This document shows, one piece after another, positions 29,364-38,578 of a DNA stretch of 42,039 nt. The notes below the pieces were generated by a model. That model was not told where the DNA came from. It did not search any database and saw nothing but the letters and a program-made list of their open reading frames with translations. The stretch lies in the IMG/VR virus record IMGVR_UViG_2740892429_000003; one strand, written 5' to 3'. This DNA is from a virus. Its lineage: Duplodnaviria > Heunggongvirae > Uroviricota > Caudoviricetes. A program made the translations under genes and the position numbers. The stretch's first letter is position 1; every line of letters begins with the position of its first letter.

Positions 29364-29513
29364 ATGAAACCTGAACACATCCATCGACTGACGGGGCGCG
29401 ATGTTCTCCGTTATCGCCGTAAAAACTTCGATTTGATGACCGGTCTGGCCGTTGCCACTGCGCTCGGTCTGATCATCACTTTCATTCTCCTTGTAGCGAG
29501 GACCACAGTATGA
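29364..29513 (+). CDS. Small tail-anchored membrane protein
   Basis: 49 aa ([49 protein letters not shown]); AAGGA SD; stop overlaps start of next gene (ATGA); below ORF-track size cutoff. Confidence 0.4.
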   Translation: MKPEHIHRLTGRDVLRYRRKNFDLMTGLAVATALGLIITFILLVARTTV

Positions 29514-30412
29514 GTTTAGAAACCAGTCTCGAACTTAATAATCAACTTCTGGCACAACATAATGCGCTGCTTGAACGTCTTATCCGCACAATGGCATCAG
29601 GTATTGTTATGCATCCTGACACGATTTCACGAGTGCAGGAATGTCGGGATACAGCAACTGAAGCTGAAAACATGTCAGCGGCAATGACACTGGATGATCT
29701 GGAGTTCAGCGACGTTATCGCACTGGCTGGTTTCTACCCGGTAGCCACCCCTATCACAGAAGACATGCTGCAACGTGCTGTTGCCTACCGTGATGCTGAA
29801 GGCGATAAACGAGTAGTTCAGATTGATGCTCTCGACAGCGCATTACAGGGCGTCAAACGAGCCAGGGCGCTGCTTAAACCTGCTCTCCTGGACCTGTCCC
29901 GTAACATTCTTAAGTTCTGGGACGACCTGCCAACCATCGGCGAGCGACGTGCTTTTGCCGAGCAGCTACTTGATGCACCTGCAGATGGGCGTGATGAAGT
30001 TAAGCCGAAAAAGGCCAGTAACAAAGATGGAGAACGCACGGGGCCGTTTTACGTCAAAAATGTATCCGGCACAGCAGCCAGTGAACTCCACACCTTACGC
30101 AAGTTGAACGAGATGCTTAAAAAAGGCCATATCGAGATCAACCGTGTTGAGTACCTTCAGCTGCAGGAAGAATTTGCACGCAGAGACGCAGCAAATTCCA
30201 GCCAGAATAATGACGCCAAAGATGACCATACAATTGATTTCGCGGCACTACGCAAACAAGCTGAAGGGTTGATCCTCCAGTTAGCAAAAGGGGGTTACCG
30301 GGCAGAAGCTATTGCAATTCTGGAAAAACAGGGAGCCAGGAAACTTGGTGAAGTAACGGATGAAAATCTCGCTGAAGTAATCACCCTGGCTGAAAAAGCA
30401 CTGGAGGGTTAA
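29510..30412 (+). CDS. Hypothetical early protein
   Basis: 300 aa, first large gene of the plus-strand early operon; no motif recognised. Confidence 0.5.
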   Translation: MSLETSLELNNQLLAQHNALLERLIRTMASGIVMHPDTISRVQECRDTATEAENMSAAMTLDDLEFSDVIALAGFYPVATPITEDMLQRAVAYRDAEGDKRVVQIDALDSALQGVKRARALLKPALLDLSRNILKFWDDLPTIGERRAFAEQLLDAPADGRDEVKPKKASNKDGERTGPFYVKNVSGTAASELHTLRKLNEMLKKGHIEINRVEYLQLQEEFARRDAANSSQNNDAKDDHTIDFAALRKQAEGLILQLAKGGYRAEAIAILEKQGARKLGEVTDENLAEVITLAEKALEG

Positions 30413-30414
30413 TC

Positions 30415-31716
30415 ATGCCAGACGTTCACGCACAACTTTCTCCATCATCAGCGCATCGATGGATGCGCTGCCCAGGAAGTCTGGCGCTGGAGGCCACACA
30501 ACCGGATAAAGAAACAACTTTTGCAATCGAGGGCACTGCAGCGCACGCGCTTGCTGAAAAAGTTCTACGAAACAGGCAAAGCCACCCGGAACACTACGCC
30601 GGATGCAATGTTTCTATGTTTCTCGGCTCATACCCCCTTCGCGAAAATCCTGATGATAAATCTGGCCCACAGGTGGATGATGAAATGGTCGAAGCCGTCG
30701 GCCGGTATGTTGATACGGTCTGGACTCTTGCAAAGAATAATGAACTATTGGTTGAACAACGTGTTGATTTCTCACATATAACGGGTGTGGAAGAATCTTT
30801 CGGAACTGCCGACGGCATAATCATCGCTGGTAACGAATTACAAATCCACGACCTGAAATATGGCAAAGGCGTCCGCATTGATGCAGAACAAAATGAGCAA
30901 CTACAACTGTATGCTCTGGGTGCGCTTGAACAATTCAGCATGCTGTATGACTTTGAAACTGTAAGATTATTTATTCACCAACCAAGGCTCAACCACGTTT
31001 CAGAATGGTCGTTAACCGTACAGGAACTTCAGTCTTTCGGTGAACGGGCGCTGGAGGCCGCAACCAGTGCGATCCTTGTTCTCAATATTGCTGAATGCGA
31101 AGGCATTGAGACACTACCGCTGGAAAACTTCATACCTGGAGAAAAACAGTGCCGCTTCTGTAAAGCAAAAGCTATTTGCACTGCCCAGAAAATGCAGCAT
31201 TTACAAACAGCGGCCAGCGATTTTGAAGATCTGACAAAGCCTGTCAGCGAAATAATCACCAATGCCAGCGCACGTGTACCTCTGTTAACCATTGAGCAGC
31301 TTGCAGAGATCTATAGCCAGGCCGACTTTATTGAATCCTGGCTAAAGGCAGTACGGGACCGGGTTCACAATGAACTCAATGCCGGACATCCGGTACCGGG
31401 GTTTAAACTGGTAACAGGAAAACAAGGTAACCGGGCCTGGAGTGACGAAGAGGCAGCTCGCGCACTTCTGAAGGACCAGTTCAGGTACAAAACTGAAGAA
31501 GTATTCGACTTTAAACTTATTAGTCCCACAAAAGCCGAAAAACTTATCAAAAAGGCCAGTCCGCGCCGTTGGTCAAAAGTCGAGGCACTGATAACACGAG
31601 CTGATGGTAAACCCACCGTCGTTCCCGAGTCAGACCCACGCCCCGCACTCAATATCAACCCTGTAAATGATTTCGACGACGTATCCGACGATACGCTAAC
31701 CGCAGACCTCATCTGA
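30415..31716 (+). CDS. PD-(D/E)xK nuclease, Cas4/RecB-like with Fe-S cysteine cluster (DUF2800-type)
   Basis: 433 aa; N-terminal [15 protein letters not shown]; C-terminal C-x2-C-x5-C ([10 protein letters not shown]) completing a 4-Cys set. Confidence 0.7.
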   Translation: MPDVHAQLSPSSAHRWMRCPGSLALEATQPDKETTFAIEGTAAHALAEKVLRNRQSHPEHYAGCNVSMFLGSYPLRENPDDKSGPQVDDEMVEAVGRYVDTVWTLAKNNELLVEQRVDFSHITGVEESFGTADGIIIAGNELQIHDLKYGKGVRIDAEQNEQLQLYALGALEQFSMLYDFETVRLFIHQPRLNHVSEWSLTVQELQSFGERALEAATSAILVLNIAECEGIETLPLENFIPGEKQCRFCKAKAICTAQKMQHLQTAASDFEDLTKPVSEIITNASARVPLLTIEQLAEIYSQADFIESWLKAVRDRVHNELNAGHPVPGFKLVTGKQGNRAWSDEEAARALLKDQFRYKTEEVFDFKLISPTKAEKLIKKASPRRWSKVEALITRADGKPTVVPESDPRPALNINPVNDFDDVSDDTLTADLI

Positions 31717-31731
31717 TTTAAGGAAATCCCC

Positions 31732-32280
31732 ATGAAACTGAAGCTGAACAATGTTCGTCTGGCCTTCCCGTCTCTGTTTGAAGCTAAAACTGTAAACGGC
31801 GAAGGCGATCCGCGTTTCTCCGCAGTATTTTTAATGTCTCCCAAACACCCACAACTGGAAGAAATCCGTAAAGCTATGAAGCAGGTAGCGAAGGAAAAAT
31901 GGGGGGAGAAGTGGGAGTCCATTTATAACCAGCTGGAGAAAAAACTCAATCTGTGCCTGCATGATGGTGATGAAAAAGCAGAGTATGAAGGCTTTCCCGG
32001 CAATTTCTTCCTGAACGCTGCTAACAAAGCGCGCCCAGCTGTTCTTGATCGCGATCGTTCGCCACTAATTCAGGCTGATGGACGTCCCTATGCAGGGTGC
32101 TATGTAAACGCCATTATCGATATCTGGGCACAGGACAATAATTTCGGTAAACGCATTAATGCCTCACTCGGCGGAGTCCAGTTCCTGCGAGACGGCGATG
32201 CATTCGCTGGCGGCGGAGTGGCAAGCGCTGACGATTTCGACGATATCAGCGAAGGTGCTGATGCTGAAGCACTGATTTAA
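31732..32280 (+). CDS. Phage ssDNA-binding protein-like (DUF2815-type) with acidic C-terminal tail
   Basis: 182 aa; C-terminus ADDFDDISEGADAEALI; conserved partner of the preceding nuclease and the polymerase. Confidence 0.6.
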   Translation: MKLKLNNVRLAFPSLFEAKTVNGEGDPRFSAVFLMSPKHPQLEEIRKAMKQVAKEKWGEKWESIYNQLEKKLNLCLHDGDEKAEYEGFPGNFFLNAANKARPAVLDRDRSPLIQADGRPYAGCYVNAIIDIWAQDNNFGKRINASLGGVQFLRDGDAFAGGGVASADDFDDISEGADAEALI

Positions 32281-32370
32281 CCCTTCTTCATAGACGCCCG
32301 GTTACACGCCGGGCGAAATCCAAAAAGCTATTGGAATTTTTACGGCTATTTGTTTTTATAGAGGTATTAC

Positions 32371-33873
32371 GTGTCAACTTTGAGAATCGGTATGGAAATC
32401 CAAGAGTTTGTAAGTCACTATAAAAACCACCCTGTTCTATTCATTGGAACAGGATTTAGCCTACGGTATCTAGAAAACTCATTTAGCTGGGATGGTCTTC
32501 TTTTGAGTGTCGCAATGGAACTAACCGGTAATGCTGAGTTTTACTACGATTTGAAAGCTGAAAGCCTAGAAGGTGACGACTATCGATATGATATCTTAGC
32601 TACAAAACTTGAAGATATTTTTAATAAAAAGCTGGCAGAAGATCGTAACGGTAAGTTCAAAGACATCAATGATGTTTTCTATGAGCACATGAAAAAAGGG
32701 AAAAAACTAAGTCGATTCAAAATTTATTTAACTTCAATACTTAAAGACCTAAAGATAAAAGAGTCAATGATGGAGGAAATAAACAGCTTAATAAAAACAA
32801 GAAAAAACATAGGCTCCATCATTACAACAAACTACGACCAACTCGTAGAGAACATCTTCGAATTTAACCCACTGATTGGTAACAACATTCTTTTAAGTAA
32901 CCCATACGGTTCAGTTTACAAAATACATGGCTGTGTTAGTGATCCTAACAACATAATTATCACAGGTGAAGACTACGCAAACTTCGACAATAAATATGAG
33001 TTAATTCGCGCTCAATTACTCTCAATATTCATACACAACCCTATCATATTTATAGGGTATAGTATTAGCGATAAAAACATTAAGTACTTATTAAAAACCA
33101 TATTCTCATACGTTGACTTAAATACCGAACTTGCAAAAAGGATAAAAGATAATTTTCTTTTGGTTGAATACGAAAAAGACAGCATGTCAACTGAAATTAC
33201 GGAGCATGACATAGATATAGAAGGCATGTCTATCATAAGAATAAACAAAATAAAAACAAACAATTACAAAGCTGTATATGATGCCATCTCGGGACTAGTT
33301 TTGCCAGTATCCGCAATGGACATAAGAAAGGTTCAAAAAGTTTGGAGTACCATCAAAAGTGGTGGTGAGATAAAGGTTAAAATTACAGAAAATTTAGATG
33401 AACTTCGCAATGATGAAATGGTCATTGCTGTTGGTTCAGAAAGAACCGTACAATATGTTTATCAAACAAAATCTGAAATGATACAGAACTATTTTAAAAT
33501 AGTTGACGAAGCAAACTCTCAGCTTATCGCATTACTGAATAAGCAAACTATAGCTAATAGCGAACACTTTCCAATATACGCTTTTAGTTCTATCTGCCCT
33601 GAACTAGAAAATACCGAGACATACAGAAAACGGCAGCTAGATAAAATCATTGGTAACCTTTCTCGAATTAAAACATGTAAGAGTGATGCTGTGTCTATTG
33701 ATGAAATACTAAAAGAAACGAAAGAGTATAAAGTTGCTAACACGATTATGTATTGCGTACTAAACGATACTATTTCATTGAAACAACTACGAGATTATTT
33801 AACAAAACCAGGGCATAAAATTGATACCCAATACAGGCGACTTTTATGCTTGTATGATTATTTATCATATTAA
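32371..33873 (+). CDS. SIR2-family (SIR2_2 / ThsA-like NADase motif) protein with uncharacterised C-terminal domain; candidate single-gene defence cargo
   Basis: 500 aa; GTG start with GAGG SD; motifs GTGFS (26-30), TTNYD (152-156), KIHG (184-187), FIGYS (227-231); very low GC; flanked by hairpins 32295..32315 and 33899..33921. Confidence 0.8.
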   Translation: MSTLRIGMEIQEFVSHYKNHPVLFIGTGFSLRYLENSFSWDGLLLSVAMELTGNAEFYYDLKAESLEGDDYRYDILATKLEDIFNKKLAEDRNGKFKDINDVFYEHMKKGKKLSRFKIYLTSILKDLKIKESMMEEINSLIKTRKNIGSIITTNYDQLVENIFEFNPLIGNNILLSNPYGSVYKIHGCVSDPNNIIITGEDYANFDNKYELIRAQLLSIFIHNPIIFIGYSISDKNIKYLLKTIFSYVDLNTELAKRIKDNFLLVEYEKDSMSTEITEHDIDIEGMSIIRINKIKTNNYKAVYDAISGLVLPVSAMDIRKVQKVWSTIKSGGEIKVKITENLDELRNDEMVIAVGSERTVQYVYQTKSEMIQNYFKIVDEANSQLIALLNKQTIANSEHFPIYAFSSICPELENTETYRKRQLDKIIGNLSRIKTCKSDAVSIDEILKETKEYKVANTIMYCVLNDTISLKQLRDYLTKPGHKIDTQYRRLLCLYDYLSY

Positions 33874-33898
33874 GCATTCTTAACTTCGGTTATAAAAA

Positions 33899-33921
33899 GC
33901 CGCCATTTTGGCGGCTTTTTA
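33899..33921 (+). terminator. Rho-independent terminator after SIR2-like gene
   Basis: GCCGCC-attttg-GGCGGC followed by TTTTTA; preceded by an A-run (potentially bidirectional). Confidence 0.65.
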
Positions 33922-33949
33922 TTTATTAAATCCAACGGGTCCTTACTTG

Positions 33950-36025
33950 ATGCAAAAACTTTGGTTAGACCTCGAAACTTTCAGCGAAATCCCAATAAAA
34001 AACGGCACCCATGTCTATGCAGAAGGAGTCGAAATCATGTTATTCGCATGGGCAATCGACGAAGACCCCGTCAGCGTACACGATTTAACCACAGACTATA
34101 ACTTGCCGACACGACTACTGACAGCTCTCAGCGATGAGAGCGTACTAATATATGCACACAACAGCCATTTCGATCGCACCATGTTGCGCCATGCATTGCT
34201 GCACACTCCCCAATGCGTTGTTGCAGGTAGTGCCAAACGCTGGCGAGACACAATGGTGCAGGCGCTGGCGCACGGTCTCCCGGGGTCTCTGGGGGAACTC
34301 TGCGAAATACTCGGCGTCCCGCAAGACAAAGCGAAGGACAAAGAAGGTAAAGCGCTGATCCAGCTGTTCTGTAAGCCCCGCCCGAAAAACAGCAAACTGC
34401 GCCGTGCCACCAGCAAAACCCACCCGGAAGAATGGCGGCGCTTTGTTGCTTACGCCGGACTGGATATCGAGGCAATGCGCGAAGTCTATAAACGTCTGCC
34501 GAAGTGGAATTATCAGGGGACAGAGCTGGCGCTCTGGCATCGTGATCAGCAGATCAACGACCGGGGCGTCTGCATGGACATGCAACTCGCGCGCGCTGCG
34601 ATCGAAGCGGTAGACCAGGAGCAAAAGCGCCTGGCAAAGCGTACACAGGAAATGACTGATGGCGAAGTGCAGGCAGCCACACAACGGGACGCGTTGATTA
34701 AGCACATTGTTGAATCCTACAGTGTGGAGCTACCAGACATGCAACGCAGTACTCTGGAACGTCGTATTGCCGACCCCGATTTACCATCTGCCGTGAAAGA
34801 ACTGCTGGCTATCCGCCTGCAAGCCAGTACTACCAGCACCAGTAAATACAAGGCACTGATGAAAGGCGTAAGCCACGACGGGCGCTTACGCGGTACGCTA
34901 CAGTTCTGCGGGGCGTCACGTACCGGTCGTTGGGCCGGACGGCTATTCCAGCCCCAGAACCTTCCCCGCCCTTCACTAAAACAGGAACAAATAGACGAAG
35001 GCATCGAAGCACTGAAAGCCGGATGTGCAGACCTGCTGTTTGACAATATCATGGAACTAACCAGTTCAGCGTTACGTGGCTGCATTATCGCGCCAACAGG
35101 CAAAAAACTGGTGGTAAGTGACTTGTCAAACATTGAAGGCCGTATGCTGGCATGGCTGGCGGGAGAAGAATGGAAACTGAATGCATTCAGAGAGTACGAC
35201 GCCGGAACGGGTCCGGACTTATATAAACTGGCGTATGCAAAAGCTTTCGATATTGCACCAGATGATGTTGATAAACACATGCGTCAGATCGGTAAAGTCA
35301 TGGAACTCGGTCTGGGTTATGGAGGTGGTGTATCGGCTTTCATCACTTTTGCTCTGGTTTACGGTCTCGATCTCGACGAGCTGGCGAACGCCGCACTGCC
35401 AAACATTCCCCGCGATGTTATCCGCGAGGCGAAAAGCTGGTACGACGAATCGGTTAAACGTAAGTCGACCTTTGGCCTTTCCGAGCGTGTATTCATCGCA
35501 TGTGACTCGCTCAAGCGCCTGTGGCGCAGGGCGCACCCGGCGACCTGCGATTTCTGGTACGAGCTGGAGCGCACTGTCCGCACAGCAATCGCCACACCGC
35601 AAAAAACATTGTATTGCGGTTATCTTAAAATCCGCCGCGATGGCGCGTGGCTGCGCATACAGCTACCATCCGGACGCGCTGTATGCTACCCGTCTCCGGT
35701 TATCGAACAAGGGAATATCACCTACATGGGTGTTAACTCTTATTCGCGTAAATGGCAACGACTCAAAACCTACGGCGGAAAGCTGGTGGAGAACGTCACC
35801 CAGGCGGCCGCCCGCGACGTTCTGGCCGGAAATATGCCGCTTATCGAAGATGCCGGTTACAGCATTGTGCTGACGGTACACGACGAGGTGATCACCGAAT
35901 CACCTGACACAGAAGATTTCAACGATAAAGAGCTTTCCGCGCTTCTCTCCAATAACCCCGAATGGGCGCCCGATATCCCACTGAACGCTGGCGGTTTTGA
36001 GGCGTACCACTACCGTAAGGATTAA
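33950..36025 (+). CDS. DNA polymerase A family with N-terminal 3'-5' exonuclease domain
   Basis: Exo I motif LWLDLETFS; pol motifs [28 protein letters not shown]; start placed at ATG 33950 because the longer ORF (33908) would include the upstream terminator hairpin. Confidence 0.85.
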   Translation: MQKLWLDLETFSEIPIKNGTHVYAEGVEIMLFAWAIDEDPVSVHDLTTDYNLPTRLLTALSDESVLIYAHNSHFDRTMLRHALLHTPQCVVAGSAKRWRDTMVQALAHGLPGSLGELCEILGVPQDKAKDKEGKALIQLFCKPRPKNSKLRRATSKTHPEEWRRFVAYAGLDIEAMREVYKRLPKWNYQGTELALWHRDQQINDRGVCMDMQLARAAIEAVDQEQKRLAKRTQEMTDGEVQAATQRDALIKHIVESYSVELPDMQRSTLERRIADPDLPSAVKELLAIRLQASTTSTSKYKALMKGVSHDGRLRGTLQFCGASRTGRWAGRLFQPQNLPRPSLKQEQIDEGIEALKAGCADLLFDNIMELTSSALRGCIIAPTGKKLVVSDLSNIEGRMLAWLAGEEWKLNAFREYDAGTGPDLYKLAYAKAFDIAPDDVDKHMRQIGKVMELGLGYGGGVSAFITFALVYGLDLDELANAALPNIPRDVIREAKSWYDESVKRKSTFGLSERVFIACDSLKRLWRRAHPATCDFWYELERTVRTAIATPQKTLYCGYLKIRRDGAWLRIQLPSGRAVCYPSPVIEQGNITYMGVNSYSRKWQRLKTYGGKLVENVTQAAARDVLAGNMPLIEDAGYSIVLTVHDEVITESPDTEDFNDKELSALLSNNPEWAPDIPLNAGGFEAYHYRKD

Positions 36026-36030
36026 TCGCT

Positions 36031-36234
36031 ATGACTGTAATCAAAACGCATACCGGAACGGTTATTACGCGCACCGGTGAAAAGCAGGTGCAATTGCATC
36101 AAAACGCGACAACGTGGGTGGCTGGCCCAAAAGAGTATTACTACAAAGACACTGGCCGCCGCGGTGGTGCTGTCGGTGTCCGCACTCGTCTGGTGCTGAG
36201 CAGCATCCGCCCAATCGAAGCAAAGCAGGAGTAA
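36031..36234 (+). CDS. Small hypothetical protein
   Basis: 67 aa directly after polymerase gene. Confidence 0.4.
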   Translation: MTVIKTHTGTVITRTGEKQVQLHQNATTWVAGPKEYYYKDTGRRGGAVGVRTRLVLSSIRPIEAKQE

Positions 36235-36239
36235 CCCCT

Positions 36240-36461
36240 ATGTCATTTAAATATCGGGACAGTCCGCTTTATTACCGGGCTGCGAGGGAGGCCTTGCGCC
36301 TTGAGCAGTCCGGCGAATATGACCGGGCAGCGAAGGTCTGGGCCAAGGCTAACCGCCAGTCACGTAACGAACTGAATCAGGACTGGAGCGAACGCCGGTC
36401 TGATTTTTGTCTGATGCAGAACATGCGCGAAAAGCGTAAGGCGGTGAGCGATGACTTGTGA
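36240..36461 (+). CDS. Small hypothetical protein
   Basis: 73 aa (MSFKYRDSPLYYRAAREALR...), AGGAG SD 8 nt upstream of ATG. Confidence 0.4.
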   Translation: MSFKYRDSPLYYRAAREALRLEQSGEYDRAAKVWAKANRQSRNELNQDWSERRSDFCLMQNMREKRKAVSDDL

Positions 36462-36933
36462 GCAGACCATTCTTGACATGTGCTGCGGCTCTCGTATGTT
36501 TTGGTTCGACAAGGAGGACAAGCGCGCCGTGTTCAGTGATATCCGCGCCGAGCAGCATGAGCTTTGCGACGGTCGCCAGTTGGTTATAAGTCCGGACCTT
36601 ATAGCTGATTTCCGCGCCCTTCCCTTTGCCGATAACACTTTCCCTGTCGTCGTTTTCGATCCGCCGCACCTCGAGCGCGTCGGCGATAACGCGTGGATGA
36701 GGAAAAAGTACGGGCGGCTCAACAAAGAAACATGGCGCGATGATCTTCGCGACGGCTTCGCCGAAGCATTCAGGGTATTGCGGACCCACGGTGTACTCAT
36801 ATTCAAATGGAACGAAACGCAGATCCCGGTAAGCAATATCTTGGCGCTGACCGACGAGAAGCCGGCCATATGGCAACGAACCGGAAAAGCCGACAAAACC
36901 CACTGGGTTATTTTCGTCAAAGGTGTGGAATGA
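36451..36933 (+). CDS. Small DNA amino-methyltransferase (probable N6-adenine)
   Basis: 160 aa; motif I-like LDMCCGS followed by motif IV-like DPPH. Confidence 0.55.
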   Translation: MTCEQTILDMCCGSRMFWFDKEDKRAVFSDIRAEQHELCDGRQLVISPDLIADFRALPFADNTFPVVVFDPPHLERVGDNAWMRKKYGRLNKETWRDDLRDGFAEAFRVLRTHGVLIFKWNETQIPVSNILALTDEKPAIWQRTGKADKTHWVIFVKGVE

Positions 36934-37226
36934 TGGCCTACGAACGTGAAAGCCTTATCGAAAAGCACCTCGTCGCCGAAGTGAAAAAGGCTGGCGGGGT
37001 CGCCTTTAAGTTCGTGTCACCCGGTCGCCGCTCGGTACCGGATCGCATTGTCCTGCTACCCGGCGGTCGCATCGTCTTTGTCGAATGCAAAGCGCCAGGC
37101 AAACCACCACGGCCTGACCAGTTACGCGAGCACGAACGGCTGCGTGCGCTGGGCTTTACCGTGGTGGTATTAGATAGCAAAAATCTGGAGGGGATATTGT
37201 GCGGGGAGCCTATTACAACGAAATAG
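36930..37226 (+). CDS. VRR-NUC domain nuclease
   Basis: 98 aa from tandem ATG; PD...E-x-K signature (VPDRIVLLPGGRIVFVECK). Confidence 0.7.
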   Translation: MMAYERESLIEKHLVAEVKKAGGVAFKFVSPGRRSVPDRIVLLPGGRIVFVECKAPGKPPRPDQLREHERLRALGFTVVVLDSKNLEGILCGEPITTK

Positions 37227-38227
37227 ACCCTAACGCAGCACAATGGCTGCGTAACCTTATTGCTGCAGGTCATATCGCCCCGGGTGAAGTTGATGAAAGG
37301 AGTATCGAAGATGTCGCACCAGACGACTTGCGCGGATTCACACAGTGCCATTTCTTCGCCGGGATCGGCGTCTGGTCTTATGCTCTGCGTCTGGCCGGAT
37401 GGCCGGATAACAAACCGGTCTGGACAGGAAGTTGCCCGTGCCAGCCTTTCAGCTCGGCTGGTAAAGGCGCTGGGTTTGATGACGAGCGGCACCTATGGCC
37501 AGCACTATTCCACCTCATCAGCGAGCGACGCCCTAAGCTGGTATTTGGCGAACAGGTTGCGGGAGTCAATGCCTGGTTCGATCTTGTACAAACTGACGTG
37601 GAAGCAGTGGACTACGCCTTTGGGCTTGTCCCGTTTCCGGCTGCGGGCGTCGGTGCCCCGCATATCCGAGATAGAGCGTATTGGGTGGCCGACGCCAGCG
37701 GCGAGCGATCACAGCGGTGGCGAAAGCGCCTCAATAGCATTGAGGAAGATGTCTGGAGATCGTCGACCGTCCGGCAACACGCTACACAGCTCCCTGCGGA
37801 ATTTTGCTCACCTGGCGGGGTGGTACACCCCAACCTGCAACACAAACCCACAGCCGGAGACAAAACGCGGTCTAGAAACCTTAGCGGGACTATCCAGATT
37901 AGCGGGATGGCCGACAGTGACGACGATCGACAACAACCAAGTTCGTGCCGAGGGCGCAGCGGCCAATCATACCGAACGGGGAACGACCCTCGGCGGCGCT
38001 GCGAGAATCTGCGGCCCAATACGATTAACGGCTGCTGGGATGGTGCTGACTGGCTCCTCTGCCGGGATGGTCGCTGGCGGCCAGTTGAATCCGGCACATG
38101 CCCGTTGGCTAATGGGATTACCTCCAGAGTGGGACGACTGCGCGCCTACGGCAACGCGATAGTCGCACCAGCTGCCGCAACATTCATCCGCTCGTTTATG
38201 GAATGCGCAGGATACGACCTTATTTAA
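37199..38227 (+). CDS. DNA cytosine-5 methyltransferase (possible frameshifts in target-recognition region)
   Basis: Motif [10 protein letters not shown], motif [18 protein letters not shown], motif [12 protein letters not shown], motif X-like YGNAIVAP in this frame; middle segment is Arg/Ser-rich while overlapping frame 37260..38162 looks more protein-like. Confidence 0.65.
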   Translation: MRGAYYNEIDPNAAQWLRNLIAAGHIAPGEVDERSIEDVAPDDLRGFTQCHFFAGIGVWSYALRLAGWPDNKPVWTGSCPCQPFSSAGKGAGFDDERHLWPALFHLISERRPKLVFGEQVAGVNAWFDLVQTDVEAVDYAFGLVPFPAAGVGAPHIRDRAYWVADASGERSQRWRKRLNSIEEDVWRSSTVRQHATQLPAEFCSPGGVVHPNLQHKPTAGDKTRSRNLSGTIQISGMADSDDDRQQPSSCRGRSGQSYRTGNDPRRRCENLRPNTINGCWDGADWLLCRDGRWRPVESGTCPLANGITSRVGRLRAYGNAIVAPAAATFIRSFMECAGYDLI

Positions 38228-38544
38228 TGCCACTCACATCTGGCATGATACCGTCCAGAAGGTAATTGCTTATATACAACGGAGCCGCCCATGGCATAAG
38301 TATAAGCATGAAGTTTTGTCCAGAAGTCCCCATAAACTAGTATTGGGGCTAAAAATTTTGGATCGCTAACCATAGATGTAGCAGGAAGCTCGAAACCTTT
38401 AGAAAGAATGTTTACCAGTGAAGGGTAATTTTCAAAATCAGTGCTATTCCCGCCCACCTCTAAAGCATCCAGTTCAAAGTCGAGCACTCCACCATTTTTG
38501 TAATACTCCGGAACAGTTAACCCTGATGTTAACAAAGTAGCCAT
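38224..38544 (-). CDS. Antisense low-GC hypothetical protein (cargo gene inside early operon)
   Basis: 106 aa; perfect AGGAGG SD 6-7 nt upstream of ATG; low GC; opposite strand to all neighbours. Confidence 0.5.
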   Translation of the reverse strand: MATLLTSGLTVPEYYKNGGVLDFELDALEVGGNSTDFENYPSLVNILSKGFELPATSMVSDPKFLAPILVYGDFWTKLHAYTYAMGGSVVYKQLPSGRYHARCEWH

Positions 38545-38578
38545 TAAACAATCCTCCTGAATTTTAAAGGGTTACATT

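Noticed and set aside
32371-33873. Calling the SIR2-like gene a Thoeris system (ThsA)
   Set aside because: No TIR-domain ThsB gene is adjacent and the C-terminal half lacks a recognisable SLOG domain, so it is reported as a standalone SIR2-family protein.
36114-36461. 115-aa ORF spanning two small genes
   Set aside because: Its upstream part overlaps ORF 36031..36234 in another frame; the better-supported gene is the 73-aa ORF starting at ATG 36240 with an AGGAG SD.
37260-38162. 300-aa ORF in a second frame overlapping the C5-methyltransferase
   Set aside because: Not called as an independent gene: its N-terminal half is Ser-rich with no start context and it lies wholly within the methyltransferase. 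Kept only as evidence for possible frameshifts.
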